Positions 1-9,617 of a stretch of DNA of 64,000 bases are shown here, piece after piece. The stretch is from NCBI GenBank assembly GCA_963665815.1, contig OY762463.1, forward strand, positions 1,920,001 to 1,984,000, read 5' to 3'. Origin of the DNA: Candidatus Cloacimonadales bacterium (GTDB lineage Bacteria > Cloacimonadota > Cloacimonadia > Cloacimonadales > JAIOQZ01). The translations under genes were made by a program, and so were the position numbers. Below the pieces are notes generated by a model. That model made no database searches. It was not told the origin of the DNA and was given only the letters and a program-made list of their open reading frames with translations. The first letter of the stretch is position 1. Every line of letters starts with the position of its first letter.

Positions 1-448
1 ACTTCATTGATTTTGGGAACTGGATGCTATTAAGCATATCTGTTACAGCGCTATTGATTATTTCTTCAGCAGATAATCCACCTGATTCAACTGTAACGCT
101 AAGGTATTCACCTTTTTCGGTTTTTTTAATTGTAATATTGTCTTCGGAAGCACCGGCAGATCTCAGAAACCCCTGTCCGGCTTTTGTCAAATTTCCCTCA
201 GAGTCATATGCTGCTTTTACCGCAGGTCCGACTCTTTCTTTGACGATTTTTTCCTGCACCATTTGAAGTTGTCTGAAAAGGACAGAGAACCTTCTTGGCG
301 ATGAGAATACTTCTACTTTATCAAATTTAAGTTTGCTTTTATTAAAGCTGTTTTCCAGTGTTTTTCTAACATGATTCACTGCTGCAGATATAAATCCTGC
401 AGGAATCTCTTCTACTCCAAGTTCAAGCAAGAAATCCTTGTAATTCAA
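1..448 (-). CDS. glyS: Glycine--tRNA ligase beta subunit, 5' part (runs off the window edge)
   Basis: Not in the ORF track. TTG at 448 with GGAGG SD; translates MNYKDFLLELGVEEIPAGF...SSPRRFSV...GPAVKAAYD...FPKSMK, matching GlyS N-terminal motifs. Confidence 0.93.
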   Translation of the reverse strand, partial: MNYKDFLLELGVEEIPAGFISAAVNHVRKTLENSFNKSKLKFDKVEVFSSPRRFSVLFRQLQMVQEKIVKERVGPAVKAAYDSEGNLTKAGQGFLRSAGASEDNITIKKTEKGEYLSVTVESGGLSAEEIINSAVTDMLNSIQFPKSMK

Positions 449-573
449 AATTCCTCCGGAATCGCTAATTTTTTAATAATTTACTTAGATTATCACTTCT
501 GATTTGTCAAAGACGCTATTTGCAGTTTTTATGTCCATATTTTTCTGACAATAAACTAAATAAATTTTCATGC

Positions 574-605
574 AAAAAGAAAAAGCCCGTATAAATTACA
601 GGCTT
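574..605 (-). terminator. Intrinsic terminator after the porV-like gene
   Basis: Minus strand AAGCCTGTA-ATTTA-TACGGGCTT followed by a T-rich tract. Confidence 0.75.
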
Positions 606-637
606 GAAGTTTAAATTTTCTATGATAAAAAACGGTA

Positions 638-1579
638 TCAGAAATAATAGACAATACCTATCTGATTCCTTACACCCAGATCTCCCTGAGAAACAAAGGA
701 ATAATCAAATCTGTATTTTTTCCAGTTAACACCAAATCCTGTTGAAAAACCACTGAGAACACCATCTCCGCCTGTCTCCCAGTCACTGGCTCTGCTGTCA
801 TAACCTGCACGGAGCATTAATCGGTTTCTGTAATTTCCTTCAAGTCCGATATTAAGATATATGTCACTATTTTCCGGCTTATTAATATCTGCATTCAAAA
901 GCAGAAACTCTCTTGCTTTAATAGATACTCCGGCAGTTATTGTTGTCGGTAGACCTTCATCATATTCAGATTCTGTAAAATATGTCAATTGTTTACCAAG
1001 ATTCTTTACGGCAATCCCTATTTTGATGTTTTCATTTGTTGTCTGATGAAGCAACCCTAAATCCAATGCAATTGCACTTGCAGATTTATCATCTATTGTT
1101 TCGTTTAAAAACTTACCGCTGAAACCAATTCTGATTGCATCACTAACTTTGAAACCCAGACCAAAACCAACAAGTATATCAGATGAACCAAATGTACCAT
1201 GAGTTCCCGTATAAACTCCATTTTCATCTTCAGTTGTTTTGTCAATATCTCCGATTGTGAGAAATTGAGAGAATATGGCAGCAGTAATCTTTTCTTTTAC
1301 AGGTCTGACATAAACAATAGTTCCACCATGATCACTCATCAGGTAATTACAATATGCAGTAGAAACAACTTCCTTTTCAATCTGAGAAATACCGGCAATA
1401 TTAAAAAAAACTGCATCGGCATCGTCTGCAGCACCGGTAAGAGCATTACCCATGGCAGATGAGCGTGTAGCAAAATTTATTTTATAAAAGTTAAAACCGT
1501 TAGTCCCTGCATCATCATGCACTGAAAACAGTGATGAAAAAAGCAATATCATTACAAATGTCAAAATGGCATTCTTCAT
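638..1579 (-). CDS. PorV/PorQ-family outer-membrane beta-barrel
   Basis: Signal peptide, RSSAMGNA...AVFFNIAG motif, DLG motif, amphipathic strands, terminal Phe. Confidence 0.8.
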   Translation of the reverse strand: MKNAILTFVMILLFSSLFSVHDDAGTNGFNFYKINFATRSSAMGNALTGAADDADAVFFNIAGISQIEKEVVSTAYCNYLMSDHGGTIVYVRPVKEKITAAIFSQFLTIGDIDKTTEDENGVYTGTHGTFGSSDILVGFGLGFKVSDAIRIGFSGKFLNETIDDKSASAIALDLGLLHQTTNENIKIGIAVKNLGKQLTYFTESEYDEGLPTTITAGVSIKAREFLLLNADINKPENSDIYLNIGLEGNYRNRLMLRAGYDSRASDWETGGDGVLSGFSTGFGVNWKKYRFDYSFVSQGDLGVRNQIGIVYYF

Positions 1580-2019
1580 ATTTTTACTTCCTTTAATAGG
1601 TCAAATATAGCTTCTACAGTATTACACTGTTTGAGCCTGTCATGATTTTCCTTATTCGCTACAAATCCGGAAACAGCTCCAAGAGCTCTCATATATTCTT
1701 TTTTATTTTCCTCCGGTATAGCAAACATGAAAACTAAGTCAACACCTTCTTCGTCAAGAGAATCAAAGTCAATCATATTGTCAAGAATATATACGGCACA
1801 CTTCAGTTCATCTATAGAACGTGATCTTGCATGTGGTATTCCAATATTTCTGCCTAATCCTGTTGACATTGTGTTTTCTCTATCCATTATCAACTCAAGA
1901 AAATGGTCAAAGTCACTAATAAAACCCTTATCTGCAAACATGGATGCCATTGATTCAAGACATTCAATTTTATTATCCATTGCCGCAATTTTTATGAGTT
2001 CAATATCAAAAACTGACAT
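1576..2019 (-). CDS. PTS sugar/nitrogen-type IIA domain protein
   Basis: RENTMSTGLGRNIGIPHAR phospho-His motif; 4-nt overlap with the downstream gene. Confidence 0.9.
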   Translation of the reverse strand: MSVFDIELIKIAAMDNKIECLESMASMFADKGFISDFDHFLELIMDRENTMSTGLGRNIGIPHARSRSIDELKCAVYILDNMIDFDSLDEEGVDLVFMFAIPEENKKEYMRALGAVSGFVANKENHDRLKQCNTVEAIFDLLKEVKI

Positions 2020-2135
2020 TATTCTCCTCTAATTCGATTTACAGCTTTTCTATGTTCATCCGTAAAAAATGTAAAGTTTTTTTCAGGATATTTTGTAGTA
2101 CACAAGGCAGAAAGAAATTGTATACCTATTTAAGT

Positions 2136-2163
2136 TTGACAGATTTACTATCCTGTGTAAATT
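2136..2163 (+). promoter_or_regulatory. Putative sigma70 promoter of the FHA operon
   Basis: TTGACA-N16-TAAATT directly upstream of ATG 2170. Confidence 0.45.
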
Positions 2164-2169
2164 TTCTTT

Positions 2170-2796
2170 ATGAAAAAGATTTTAGTGTTTATTATGATTT
2201 CTCTTGTATCAGGCATCCTTGCTTATAATGATTCTGATTTCATTAGAGAACAGGCTGAAGCTGCAGCTGAAAAAATCAGCAGTAAAATTAAGCATGATAC
2301 AGTTATTGCTCTTAAAATAGACGATAATACTGATAACAGGCTTTTCACAGCATCTCTGACAGAAAATCTTTTAAGTAAAACCAATATACGTGTTACCGAT
2401 ATTGATAACAGAAAAGAGCTATTCCGGGAAGCAGTTAAACAACATGGTAGATTTCAGGAAGAAAATAAGAATGAGATACGTTTCAGAAATCCGGAGCTTA
2501 TGGTTATTGGTTCTGTTGAATACAGTATTCGATCAAGAATGTTCAAGAAAAAACAAATTCTTAATCTGAATTTAAACATTGACGAAATACACACTAATGT
2601 AACACTATATAAAATTGCTGAGACATATTACAAAAAGAAACCAATTCCTGTTATGCTTTTAATAACAGCTTTGTTTCTGCTTACGGTAATATTGATTATA
2701 ATTAATTCAATGACAAAAGGTTATTTCAGTAAAATACTGACAGTTCTGTATATTTTATTTGTTATTACCGCTGCTTCATGGTATTTTCTGATTTAG
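2170..2796 (+). CDS. Exported membrane-anchored hypothetical protein (CsgG/TolB_N-like alpha/beta domain, two C-terminal TM helices)
   Basis: Signal peptide, LTENLL...IRVTD...MVIGSV pattern, two hydrophobic C-terminal segments. Confidence 0.55.
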   Translation: MKKILVFIMISLVSGILAYNDSDFIREQAEAAAEKISSKIKHDTVIALKIDDNTDNRLFTASLTENLLSKTNIRVTDIDNRKELFREAVKQHGRFQEENKNEIRFRNPELMVIGSVEYSIRSRMFKKKQILNLNLNIDEIHTNVTLYKIAETYYKKKPIPVMLLITALFLLTVILIIINSMTKGYFSKILTVLYILFVITAASWYFLI

Positions 2797-2806
2797 AGGA
2801 GTCATT

Positions 2807-4975
2807 ATGCAGAAATTATTTCTGAAATTATCTGAGCTTAAAAGTATTGCCAGAAAAGAAGTGAATAATCACGTTAAAAACTGGGATTCTTCACAGAAGG
2901 TTATTAACAAGCTTATTGGAACATCGGCCACAAACAAAGACTGGTTCCAGGAGGCTTCCCAGCAATATTCGCTGTCGAGAAAAGCCATAGGTACAAAAAA
3001 AATAGATTATCTTGTTAATGCTCTCTTCAATGCTTACAAATGTTATTATCGAATGGAATACAGCAGATTCAATGACAGCAGGGTAACAGATCTTAAGTCC
3101 AAACTTGAAAAAACCTACCTTAATTCTGCTTTAAACTATATTGATGATATCATTAAGGCAGAAACAGACATATCTGAAAACATCCGTTTTCTTAATGAGT
3201 CAATAGCACTTATCTCTGAAGAAAATCCTTCCATGGGAGCTTCCTATAAAAAAATTCTTCGTAGATTCAGAACAGTTTCAGAGGTTACACAGAGTATTTC
3301 CAAGTTGTGTTCCGAACCAATTGAAGACTTCGATGAAGAAAAATCTGTTAAGATCAGAAACTCATATCTTATGATCGAAGATAATTTAAAGAATTCTCAG
3401 GACAGCCGAAATGATCTGATGGTGATTCTGAGAAACAAAATGGAGGATCTCTACAACTATTACAATGAGCTTATCGAGTTTGAAAAAGCAAAGAATAATC
3501 CCTCAATAGAAAAACTGACAAAACTGTACCAACAGTTTGAAAAGTACTTCTTCAATTGGAAACCTTTTATATATTCTAAGAAATATAAAAAACTGGCAGA
3601 TTCTAAAAAGCAGTTTTCTCAATACCTTCATTTTATCAATAAGCAATACCCGGAACTGAAAAAAGCTTATGATTACTGTTCTTATCCAAGATCAACCTAT
3701 GACGAGAACAGAATACTTAACAGCTTTAATATTGCCGTACAGAACAAGGATATAAGCAGTCTGAATTTCAAAGAAATAGTTGATTTGAAACCGGATATAA
3801 ATGATATGCTGGCAATATTCAGAAAAGTGCTGAACAACATCTATAAAAATGATCTCCTTCAGTATTATGATCTTTTTAACAACATCATCAATTCACCTGT
3901 TTCAAGTGTTAAAATCAAAGAGCTGATAAGATTTGAGAAACATCTCGAAGAAACAATAACCAATAAAAGCAATGCAGAATACTTCACCTCCAGATTAACA
4001 AACATGAAGCAGCAGGTTCACGAGGATTTATATGAGCTTCTCAATTCCCTCGTGCATAATACGTTGGAAAAAGCAGATAATCATAATGAGATAAAGAAGA
4101 ATCTGGATGATATCATCCAGTATTACATGGAGATCGGAGATATTGATAAAATCGAAGAGGTACAGCGGATTAAGAAAAATGTAATTGCAGCAATTCATGA
4201 TATGCAGATTATCCTTCAGCAACTGGAATCAACGGAATCTGAACCGGGGAATGCACTTTTGAAAAAACTTCAGAAAAGCTATTATTCCGCATTGGATAAA
4301 TCTAAGGATGTTTATTGTACAATCATTGAAAATCTATCTAACAGAATTAGCAAGTACATCAAAAAAGACTCCGTTTCTGCTATTGAAAAAAGTCATACTC
4401 GGTTAGTTATAATGGATAAATTCAGTTTAAAGAACTATGTTATTTTTATTCAGAATGATGTTACTTTCGGAAGACACGAAGACAATGATATTATTCTGAA
4501 ATGTGACTGGGTTTCCGAAAAGCATATGAAAATAGCACAAAGAGAACAGAAAATATGTGATCTTAACAGTACTAACGGAACTTTTGCCGATGGTAGCAAA
4601 ATTAACGGTTGTATTCCCGTTAACTCAGTGAAAACCTTCGATATTTCCGGAGTTTTTCATTTTTCAGTCCAATCTTTGAACTCTGTTTGTAACTTTAAAC
4701 TTCAACATATTGACAGTACTCAATACCTTTCCGATGAGGATAATAAGGATTTTATCAGTTCTCTGCTGAATACGGAGTTTATTCTGCTTGGAAATAACGG
4801 ACAATGCAGTATTAACACGGTTACGGGGAATATTGAGAATTCACCGGGAAATCAAACATTTAACATTCAGGCACTAAATGGAAAATTCCATTACAGCACT
4901 TCCATTAACGATACTCCGGAATTGATAACAGACAGTAAAAATCTCTCTGAAAGGTATACATTTAATCTGACATGA
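2807..4975 (+). CDS. Large helical protein with a C-terminal FHA domain
   Basis: FGR...VSEKH...DLNSTNGTF carries all canonical FHA motifs; GAGGAG SD. Confidence 0.8.
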   Translation: MQKLFLKLSELKSIARKEVNNHVKNWDSSQKVINKLIGTSATNKDWFQEASQQYSLSRKAIGTKKIDYLVNALFNAYKCYYRMEYSRFNDSRVTDLKSKLEKTYLNSALNYIDDIIKAETDISENIRFLNESIALISEENPSMGASYKKILRRFRTVSEVTQSISKLCSEPIEDFDEEKSVKIRNSYLMIEDNLKNSQDSRNDLMVILRNKMEDLYNYYNELIEFEKAKNNPSIEKLTKLYQQFEKYFFNWKPFIYSKKYKKLADSKKQFSQYLHFINKQYPELKKAYDYCSYPRSTYDENRILNSFNIAVQNKDISSLNFKEIVDLKPDINDMLAIFRKVLNNIYKNDLLQYYDLFNNIINSPVSSVKIKELIRFEKHLEETITNKSNAEYFTSRLTNMKQQVHEDLYELLNSLVHNTLEKADNHNEIKKNLDDIIQYYMEIGDIDKIEEVQRIKKNVIAAIHDMQIILQQLESTESEPGNALLKKLQKSYYSALDKSKDVYCTIIENLSNRISKYIKKDSVSAIEKSHTRLVIMDKFSLKNYVIFIQNDVTFGRHEDNDIILKCDWVSEKHMKIAQREQKICDLNSTNGTFADGSKINGCIPVNSVKTFDISGVFHFSVQSLNSVCNFKLQHIDSTQYLSDEDNKDFISSLLNTEFILLGNNGQCSINTVTGNIENSPGNQTFNIQALNGKFHYSTSINDTPELITDSKNLSERYTFNLT

Positions 4976-6159
4976 TGAGATTTATTTTTTTTCTCCTGAT
5001 ATGTCTTCTTGCTTCTATCGGCTTAGTTGCTGATGAGTCGTTAACAGCTATATCCACCAATCCTGAAAGAGCAAAGCAAAAGCTATCTGAAACTGCTGTA
5101 AAAAGATTTACGGATGAAAGAATAGATGATTTATCTCAAATACTCCCACTTGGTAAAAAAAGTTTGAACTATTTGTTTGTCTATAAATCAGAGATACCTG
5201 ACAGCATGATTTCGCTTAATAAAGCAGAGGATAAAGAAATATATACAGCGGTAACTTCACCATCGTATTTTTTAAAGGTCAATATTCAGGAAAAATCGGG
5301 ACAATTCTTCAATATGGCAAAAGAGAATGTTAAGACAGCAGATAAATTTATTACTGATAAAGCATATTACAATGGATTAAAGCATTACATCCTTGCGCTG
5401 GATCAGGCATTATGCTCCTTTCATAGTTCTGCTGACAGTATTGTTATCATTACACTGAAAAATATCAGCAACATTATGGAAAAGCAGAGTATTCACGCAC
5501 CTGCAGCCAAGTTAATTTTTACTGGACCCGAGCAGAAAATCAACTTCAGGATATATTTTGATACACAACCGGAATTCTCAGTAGCAGGAATACCATTTGA
5601 GATTTCATACAATGATAAGAAGATAAGAAGATATACAGACAAGAACGGTTATATTGAAGTAACTCCTGCTATTCCTAATGGAGAAACAAAATTCTTCTTT
5701 AAGGCATATCTCTCCTGGAAAATCATTTCCGATATGAAGCTTCAGCAGAAAAGCATGATAACTCATATACTTGATAAGTACTGTAACTCTGCCGCGAATA
5801 CATTTGATGTAGTACTGCTCGGAGAACGTAAGATTTTCATCAGAAACAATATGTATTCCGAATTCTCCGGTATGTTAACAGATATGGGTTATACAATTGT
5901 AAGAGGAGAAAATCAGGCAGATTACTTTTTTGATATGAAATTCGTCACTATTGAAAAGGGAGAAGGACAGTACGACAGCTTTTATGCTCTTGTCTTCGCA
6001 GAAGCATCCATAGTAGATAAACAGGGAAAAGTCATTTCGGAGTGGCATTCCAGGAAGTACGAACGTTACTCGGAAGTTTCAGAAGATGATGCAGTTGAAA
6101 GAACTCACCAACCGGCAATAAAGAGCCTTAAATACAACATATCCGGTCAAACTGACTGA
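4972..6159 (+). CDS. Exported hypothetical protein
   Basis: Signal peptide; ATGA overlap with the FHA gene; 395-aa ORF. Confidence 0.7.
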   Translation: MMRFIFFLLICLLASIGLVADESLTAISTNPERAKQKLSETAVKRFTDERIDDLSQILPLGKKSLNYLFVYKSEIPDSMISLNKAEDKEIYTAVTSPSYFLKVNIQEKSGQFFNMAKENVKTADKFITDKAYYNGLKHYILALDQALCSFHSSADSIVIITLKNISNIMEKQSIHAPAAKLIFTGPEQKINFRIYFDTQPEFSVAGIPFEISYNDKKIRRYTDKNGYIEVTPAIPNGETKFFFKAYLSWKIISDMKLQQKSMITHILDKYCNSAANTFDVVLLGERKIFIRNNMYSEFSGMLTDMGYTIVRGENQADYFFDMKFVTIEKGEGQYDSFYALVFAEASIVDKQGKVISEWHSRKYERYSEVSEDDAVERTHQPAIKSLKYNISGQTD

Positions 6160-6165
6160 CAATTT

Positions 6166-6638
6166 CAGATTTCATCAGCAAAATTACTGACTGAGAACTC
6201 ATTTTTTTATTTAGAATAGAATAAATCTGAAATATCATCTAAAATTCAGTGTAAAAATGTGTATTAAAAAGGACCGCTATGAGGCAGTCCTTAAAATTCT
6301 TTTTTGTAGTGCTAGTATTATCTTATAGCAAACAATTCCAATCTTTTTTCATACTTAGATTTAATCCTGAACAGTTCAGTATCACTCAAAAAATGCAAGT
6401 TGATGATATTACAGATTTCATCAGCAAAATTACTGACTGAGAACTCATTTTTTTATTTAGAATAGAATAAATCTGAAATATCATCTATAATTCAGTGTAA
6501 AAATGTGTATTAAAAAATGGACCGCTATGAGGCAGTCCTTAAAATTCTTTTTTGTAGTGCTAGTGTTATCTTATTGCAAACAATTCCAATCTTTTTTCAT
6601 ACTTAGATTTAATCCTGAACAGTTCAGTATCACTCAAA
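6166..6638. repeat. Tandem direct duplication (6166-6390 and 6412-6638) containing the nrdG 3' end and its terminator
   Basis: Two ~225-bp copies read directly; 3 substitutions and a 2-nt indel; 21-bp spacer. Confidence 0.95.
6512..6538 (-). terminator. nrdDG terminator (second copy at about 6266-6290)
   Basis: Minus strand GGACTGC-CTCATA-GCGGTCC followed by a T tract. Confidence 0.7.
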
Positions 6639-7252
6639 CTTGTTTTTTTCCTATATTCAGGATCAAGTGTATTGCTTGATTTAAACTTCTGGACATAGTA
6701 CGTTTCCTTGCCCTGGATCAATCCGGTAATTTCACCAATATCTTCACCATCAATAAGATCGTCCACAACAGTTGTACGGAATTCGTGTTTTACATTTGAT
6801 TTCAAAATAATATCTATACTCCTGAATGCATTATCAATATCGTCCGCATTTGAAGTAAACATTTTGTACTTTTTGAAACTGGATTTAATATCCATAGCTA
6901 TATAATCCAGCAGGCCTTTTTCAATCAGACTTCGGATTACTTCCGGTCTTGTCCCGTTAGTATCAAGTTTAACGAGATAGCCCATTGCTTTGATTTCCTC
7001 AATGAATTCTTCTAAGTCCGGCTGCAGGGTTGGTTCTCCACCGGTTATAGTAACAGCATCAAGAAAATGCTTTCTCTGACTTAGACTATTTATCACTTCT
7101 GCCTGAGAAAATCTGTTTTCACACTTTCCTACCAGTTGAGCATTATGACAGTAAGGGCAATTCATATTGCATCCGGCAGTAAACACTATCGCTGTCAGTT
7201 TTCCATCCGGATAATCCAGCATGGAAAACTTTTCGAAACCACCAATTATCAT
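6566..7252 (-). CDS. nrdG: Anaerobic ribonucleotide reductase activating radical SAM protein
   Basis: GCNMNCPYCHN, ITGGEPT, KLDTNG; overlaps the nrdD stop. Confidence 0.93.
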   Translation of the reverse strand: MIIGGFEKFSMLDYPDGKLTAIVFTAGCNMNCPYCHNAQLVGKCENRFSQAEVINSLSQRKHFLDAVTITGGEPTLQPDLEEFIEEIKAMGYLVKLDTNGTRPEVIRSLIEKGLLDYIAMDIKSSFKKYKMFTSNADDIDNAFRSIDIILKSNVKHEFRTTVVDDLIDGEDIGEITGLIQGKETYYVQKFKSSNTLDPEYRKKTSLSDTELFRIKSKYEKRLELFAIR

Positions 7253-9354
7253 GATGTAGCCTTTGTCTGTGGAATTGAGAATGTTTTTCTCATCTTGAAT
7301 TCTGCTTTTTTACCATCATTCCATTGAGACACTGGTCTCAGATAGCCAGTAACACGTGAATAGACTTCGCAGATTTCCCCACATCTCGGGCATGTCTCGT
7401 TTTCCCCGTTAATATAACCATGATTTGGGCAGATACTGAATGTCGGAGTAAACGTAAAATAAGGTAGACGATAGCCATTGCAGATTTTTCTGACCAGATT
7501 CTTCACAGAATTATAGTTATTTATCTGTTCCCCCCCAAATATATGGAGCACTGTACCACCAGTGTATTTCGTTTGAAGTTCATCCTGAGATTCCAGAACT
7601 TCGAATACGTCTGTAGTATAGTTAACAGGAAGCTGAGATGAGTTTGTATAGAAAGGATCACTGTTATTATCAACATGTTCGTTTGCAACAACAATATCTC
7701 TGTACCTTTTCTTATCAATTCTGGCAAGTCTGTAACTGGTTCCTTCAGCAGGAGTTGCCTCGAGGTTGTAATTATTTCCTGTGTTTTCCTGATAGCTTAT
7801 CAGTCTGTCTCTCATGAAGTCCATCACTTCTATGGCAAACTTGTTTCCTTCAGGATTATCAATTCCACAACCAAGAAGGTTTTGAGAAGCTTCGTTCATA
7901 CCAACAAGACCGATTGTGGAAAAGTGATTCTTCCAGAACTGTCCAAATCTTTCATAAACATTCTTAAGGTAGAATTTTGTATATGGATACAGACATCTTT
8001 CTGTAAATTTTTCTAGCACTTTTCTTTTGATTTCCAGACTGTCTCTTGCCTGATCCATCAGTTCACCGAGTCTTGCATAAAAATCTTCTTTATCTTCTGC
8101 AAGATAACCAATTCTTGGCAGGTTCATTGTAACAACACCAATTGATCCGGTTAAAGGATTAGCACCAAATAGTCCGCCACCTCTTGCTTCCAGCTTTCTT
8201 GTGTCCAGTCTCAGACGACAGCACATGGAACGTGCGTCATTGGGATCCATATCGGAATTTACAAAATTAGAGAAATATGGTATTCCGTACTTAGCAGTAA
8301 CTTCCCAGATTCTTGTCGCAACTTCAGATTCCCAGTTGAAATCCTTAGTGATATTGTATGTCGGGATCGGGAATGTAAATACTCTGCCTTTAGCATCTCC
8401 TTCTGTCATTACTTCGAGGAAAGCAAGATTGATCATATCTATTTCTTTCTGATAATCACTATATGTAGTTTCTTGAGGTTCTCCACCGATAATTACAGGG
8501 GTATCCTTATAAGTATCTGGAACAACAAGATCTAATGTTATATTAGTGAAAGGAGTCTGAAATCCTACTCTGGTCGGAACATTTATATTGAAAATAAACT
8601 CCTGCATGGCCTGTTTAACCTGATCATAATCAAGATTATCTTTTCTGATAAACGGAGCAAGAAGTGTATCAAAGTTTGAGAATGCCTGAGCACCTGCTGC
8701 TTCTCCCTGAAGAGTATAGAAGAAGTTAACAATCTGACCGAGAATAGAGCGGAAATGCTTTGCCGGTTTTGATTCTATCTTACCTGAAGCACCCTTGAAG
8801 CCTATAACCAGCAAATCCATCAAATCCCAGCCTACACAATAAACTGAGATCTGTCCCAGATCGTGAATATGGATGTTACCATTCAGATGAGAGTTTTTGA
8901 TTTCCGGAGGATAAATTTTATTAAGCCAGTATACTTTACTGATTTCTGAAGCGATGTAGTTATTGAGTCCCTGAAGAGAATATGCCATATTGGAGTTTTC
9001 TTTAATCTGCCAGTCGAGTTTTTCAATATACTGATCAATGAGATTCACATTGGATTTGGAGATAATCTCTCTGATTTTTGCGTGCTGATCTCTGTATAAG
9101 ATATATGATTTTGCTGTCTTCTTGTATGGTGAAGCAAGCAGAACATCTTCTACGAGATCCTGAATCTGTTCAACTGATGGAATCGGATCCTTTATTACTT
9201 CAAGTGCAAGATTCAAAACTCTGATTGTCAGTTTCTCAGCAATTTCTTCATTGAACTCCTGAGTTACAGAACCAGCTCTAAGAATGGCATTAATTATTTT
9301 CTGTGAATCGAATGGAACAGTTTCCTGATTTCTCTTCATTATGTATTGAAACAT
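7249..9354 (-). CDS. nrdD: Class III anaerobic ribonucleoside-triphosphate reductase with ATP cone
   Basis: ATP cone, SMCCRL finger loop, CPNH..CPRC, RVTGYLRP glycyl-radical motif; start moved to ATG 9354 (GGAGGAG SD). Confidence 0.95.
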   Translation of the reverse strand: MFQYIMKRNQETVPFDSQKIINAILRAGSVTQEFNEEIAEKLTIRVLNLALEVIKDPIPSVEQIQDLVEDVLLASPYKKTAKSYILYRDQHAKIREIISKSNVNLIDQYIEKLDWQIKENSNMAYSLQGLNNYIASEISKVYWLNKIYPPEIKNSHLNGNIHIHDLGQISVYCVGWDLMDLLVIGFKGASGKIESKPAKHFRSILGQIVNFFYTLQGEAAGAQAFSNFDTLLAPFIRKDNLDYDQVKQAMQEFIFNINVPTRVGFQTPFTNITLDLVVPDTYKDTPVIIGGEPQETTYSDYQKEIDMINLAFLEVMTEGDAKGRVFTFPIPTYNITKDFNWESEVATRIWEVTAKYGIPYFSNFVNSDMDPNDARSMCCRLRLDTRKLEARGGGLFGANPLTGSIGVVTMNLPRIGYLAEDKEDFYARLGELMDQARDSLEIKRKVLEKFTERCLYPYTKFYLKNVYERFGQFWKNHFSTIGLVGMNEASQNLLGCGIDNPEGNKFAIEVMDFMRDRLISYQENTGNNYNLEATPAEGTSYRLARIDKKRYRDIVVANEHVDNNSDPFYTNSSQLPVNYTTDVFEVLESQDELQTKYTGGTVLHIFGGEQINNYNSVKNLVRKICNGYRLPYFTFTPTFSICPNHGYINGENETCPRCGEICEVYSRVTGYLRPVSQWNDGKKAEFKMRKTFSIPQTKATS

Positions 9355-9438
9355 CTCTCCTCCAGGCTTCTCTATATTTATCTCATTAATTTTCAACCAG
9401 TTAAGCATACGATGACGCATTTGTATAAATTTAATAGT

Positions 9439-9455
9439 AACAAGATTTAGTTGTT
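9439..9455. promoter_or_regulatory. Possible NrdR box
   Basis: Imperfect palindrome AACAAGATTTAGTTGTT upstream of nrdD, resembling the NrdR consensus. Confidence 0.35.
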
Positions 9456-9564
9456 ATTTGAGAAGTAGATAAGCAATCTGTCAATAATATTTTTTTTTCG
9501 AAAAGTATAGAAATTTGTGAGCTCTTTATACGAGTAGACTTACGGAAAAATATTTTTTTTACAC

Positions 9565-9595
9565 AAAAAAAGACCGAAAAAAATTCGGTCTTTTA
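9565..9595 (-). terminator. Intrinsic terminator after the TPR gene
   Basis: AAAAGACCGAA-loop-TTCGGTCTTTT inverted repeat with A/T tracts. Confidence 0.8.
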
Positions 9596-9617
9596 TCTAA
9601 AATTGTACCGGTTCTTG

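Noticed and set aside
24-266. 80-aa plus-strand ORF
   Set aside because: Antisense shadow of glyS
6166-6638. CRISPR array or pure assembly artefact
   Set aside because: Only two long copies with no repeat-spacer pattern and no cas genes; the copies have diverged
9355-9420. Longer starts given for nrdD (likewise mreB 32856, cmk 63212, glycosyltransferase 63169, 26273)
   Set aside because: Downstream ATGs have better SD motifs and match family N-termini
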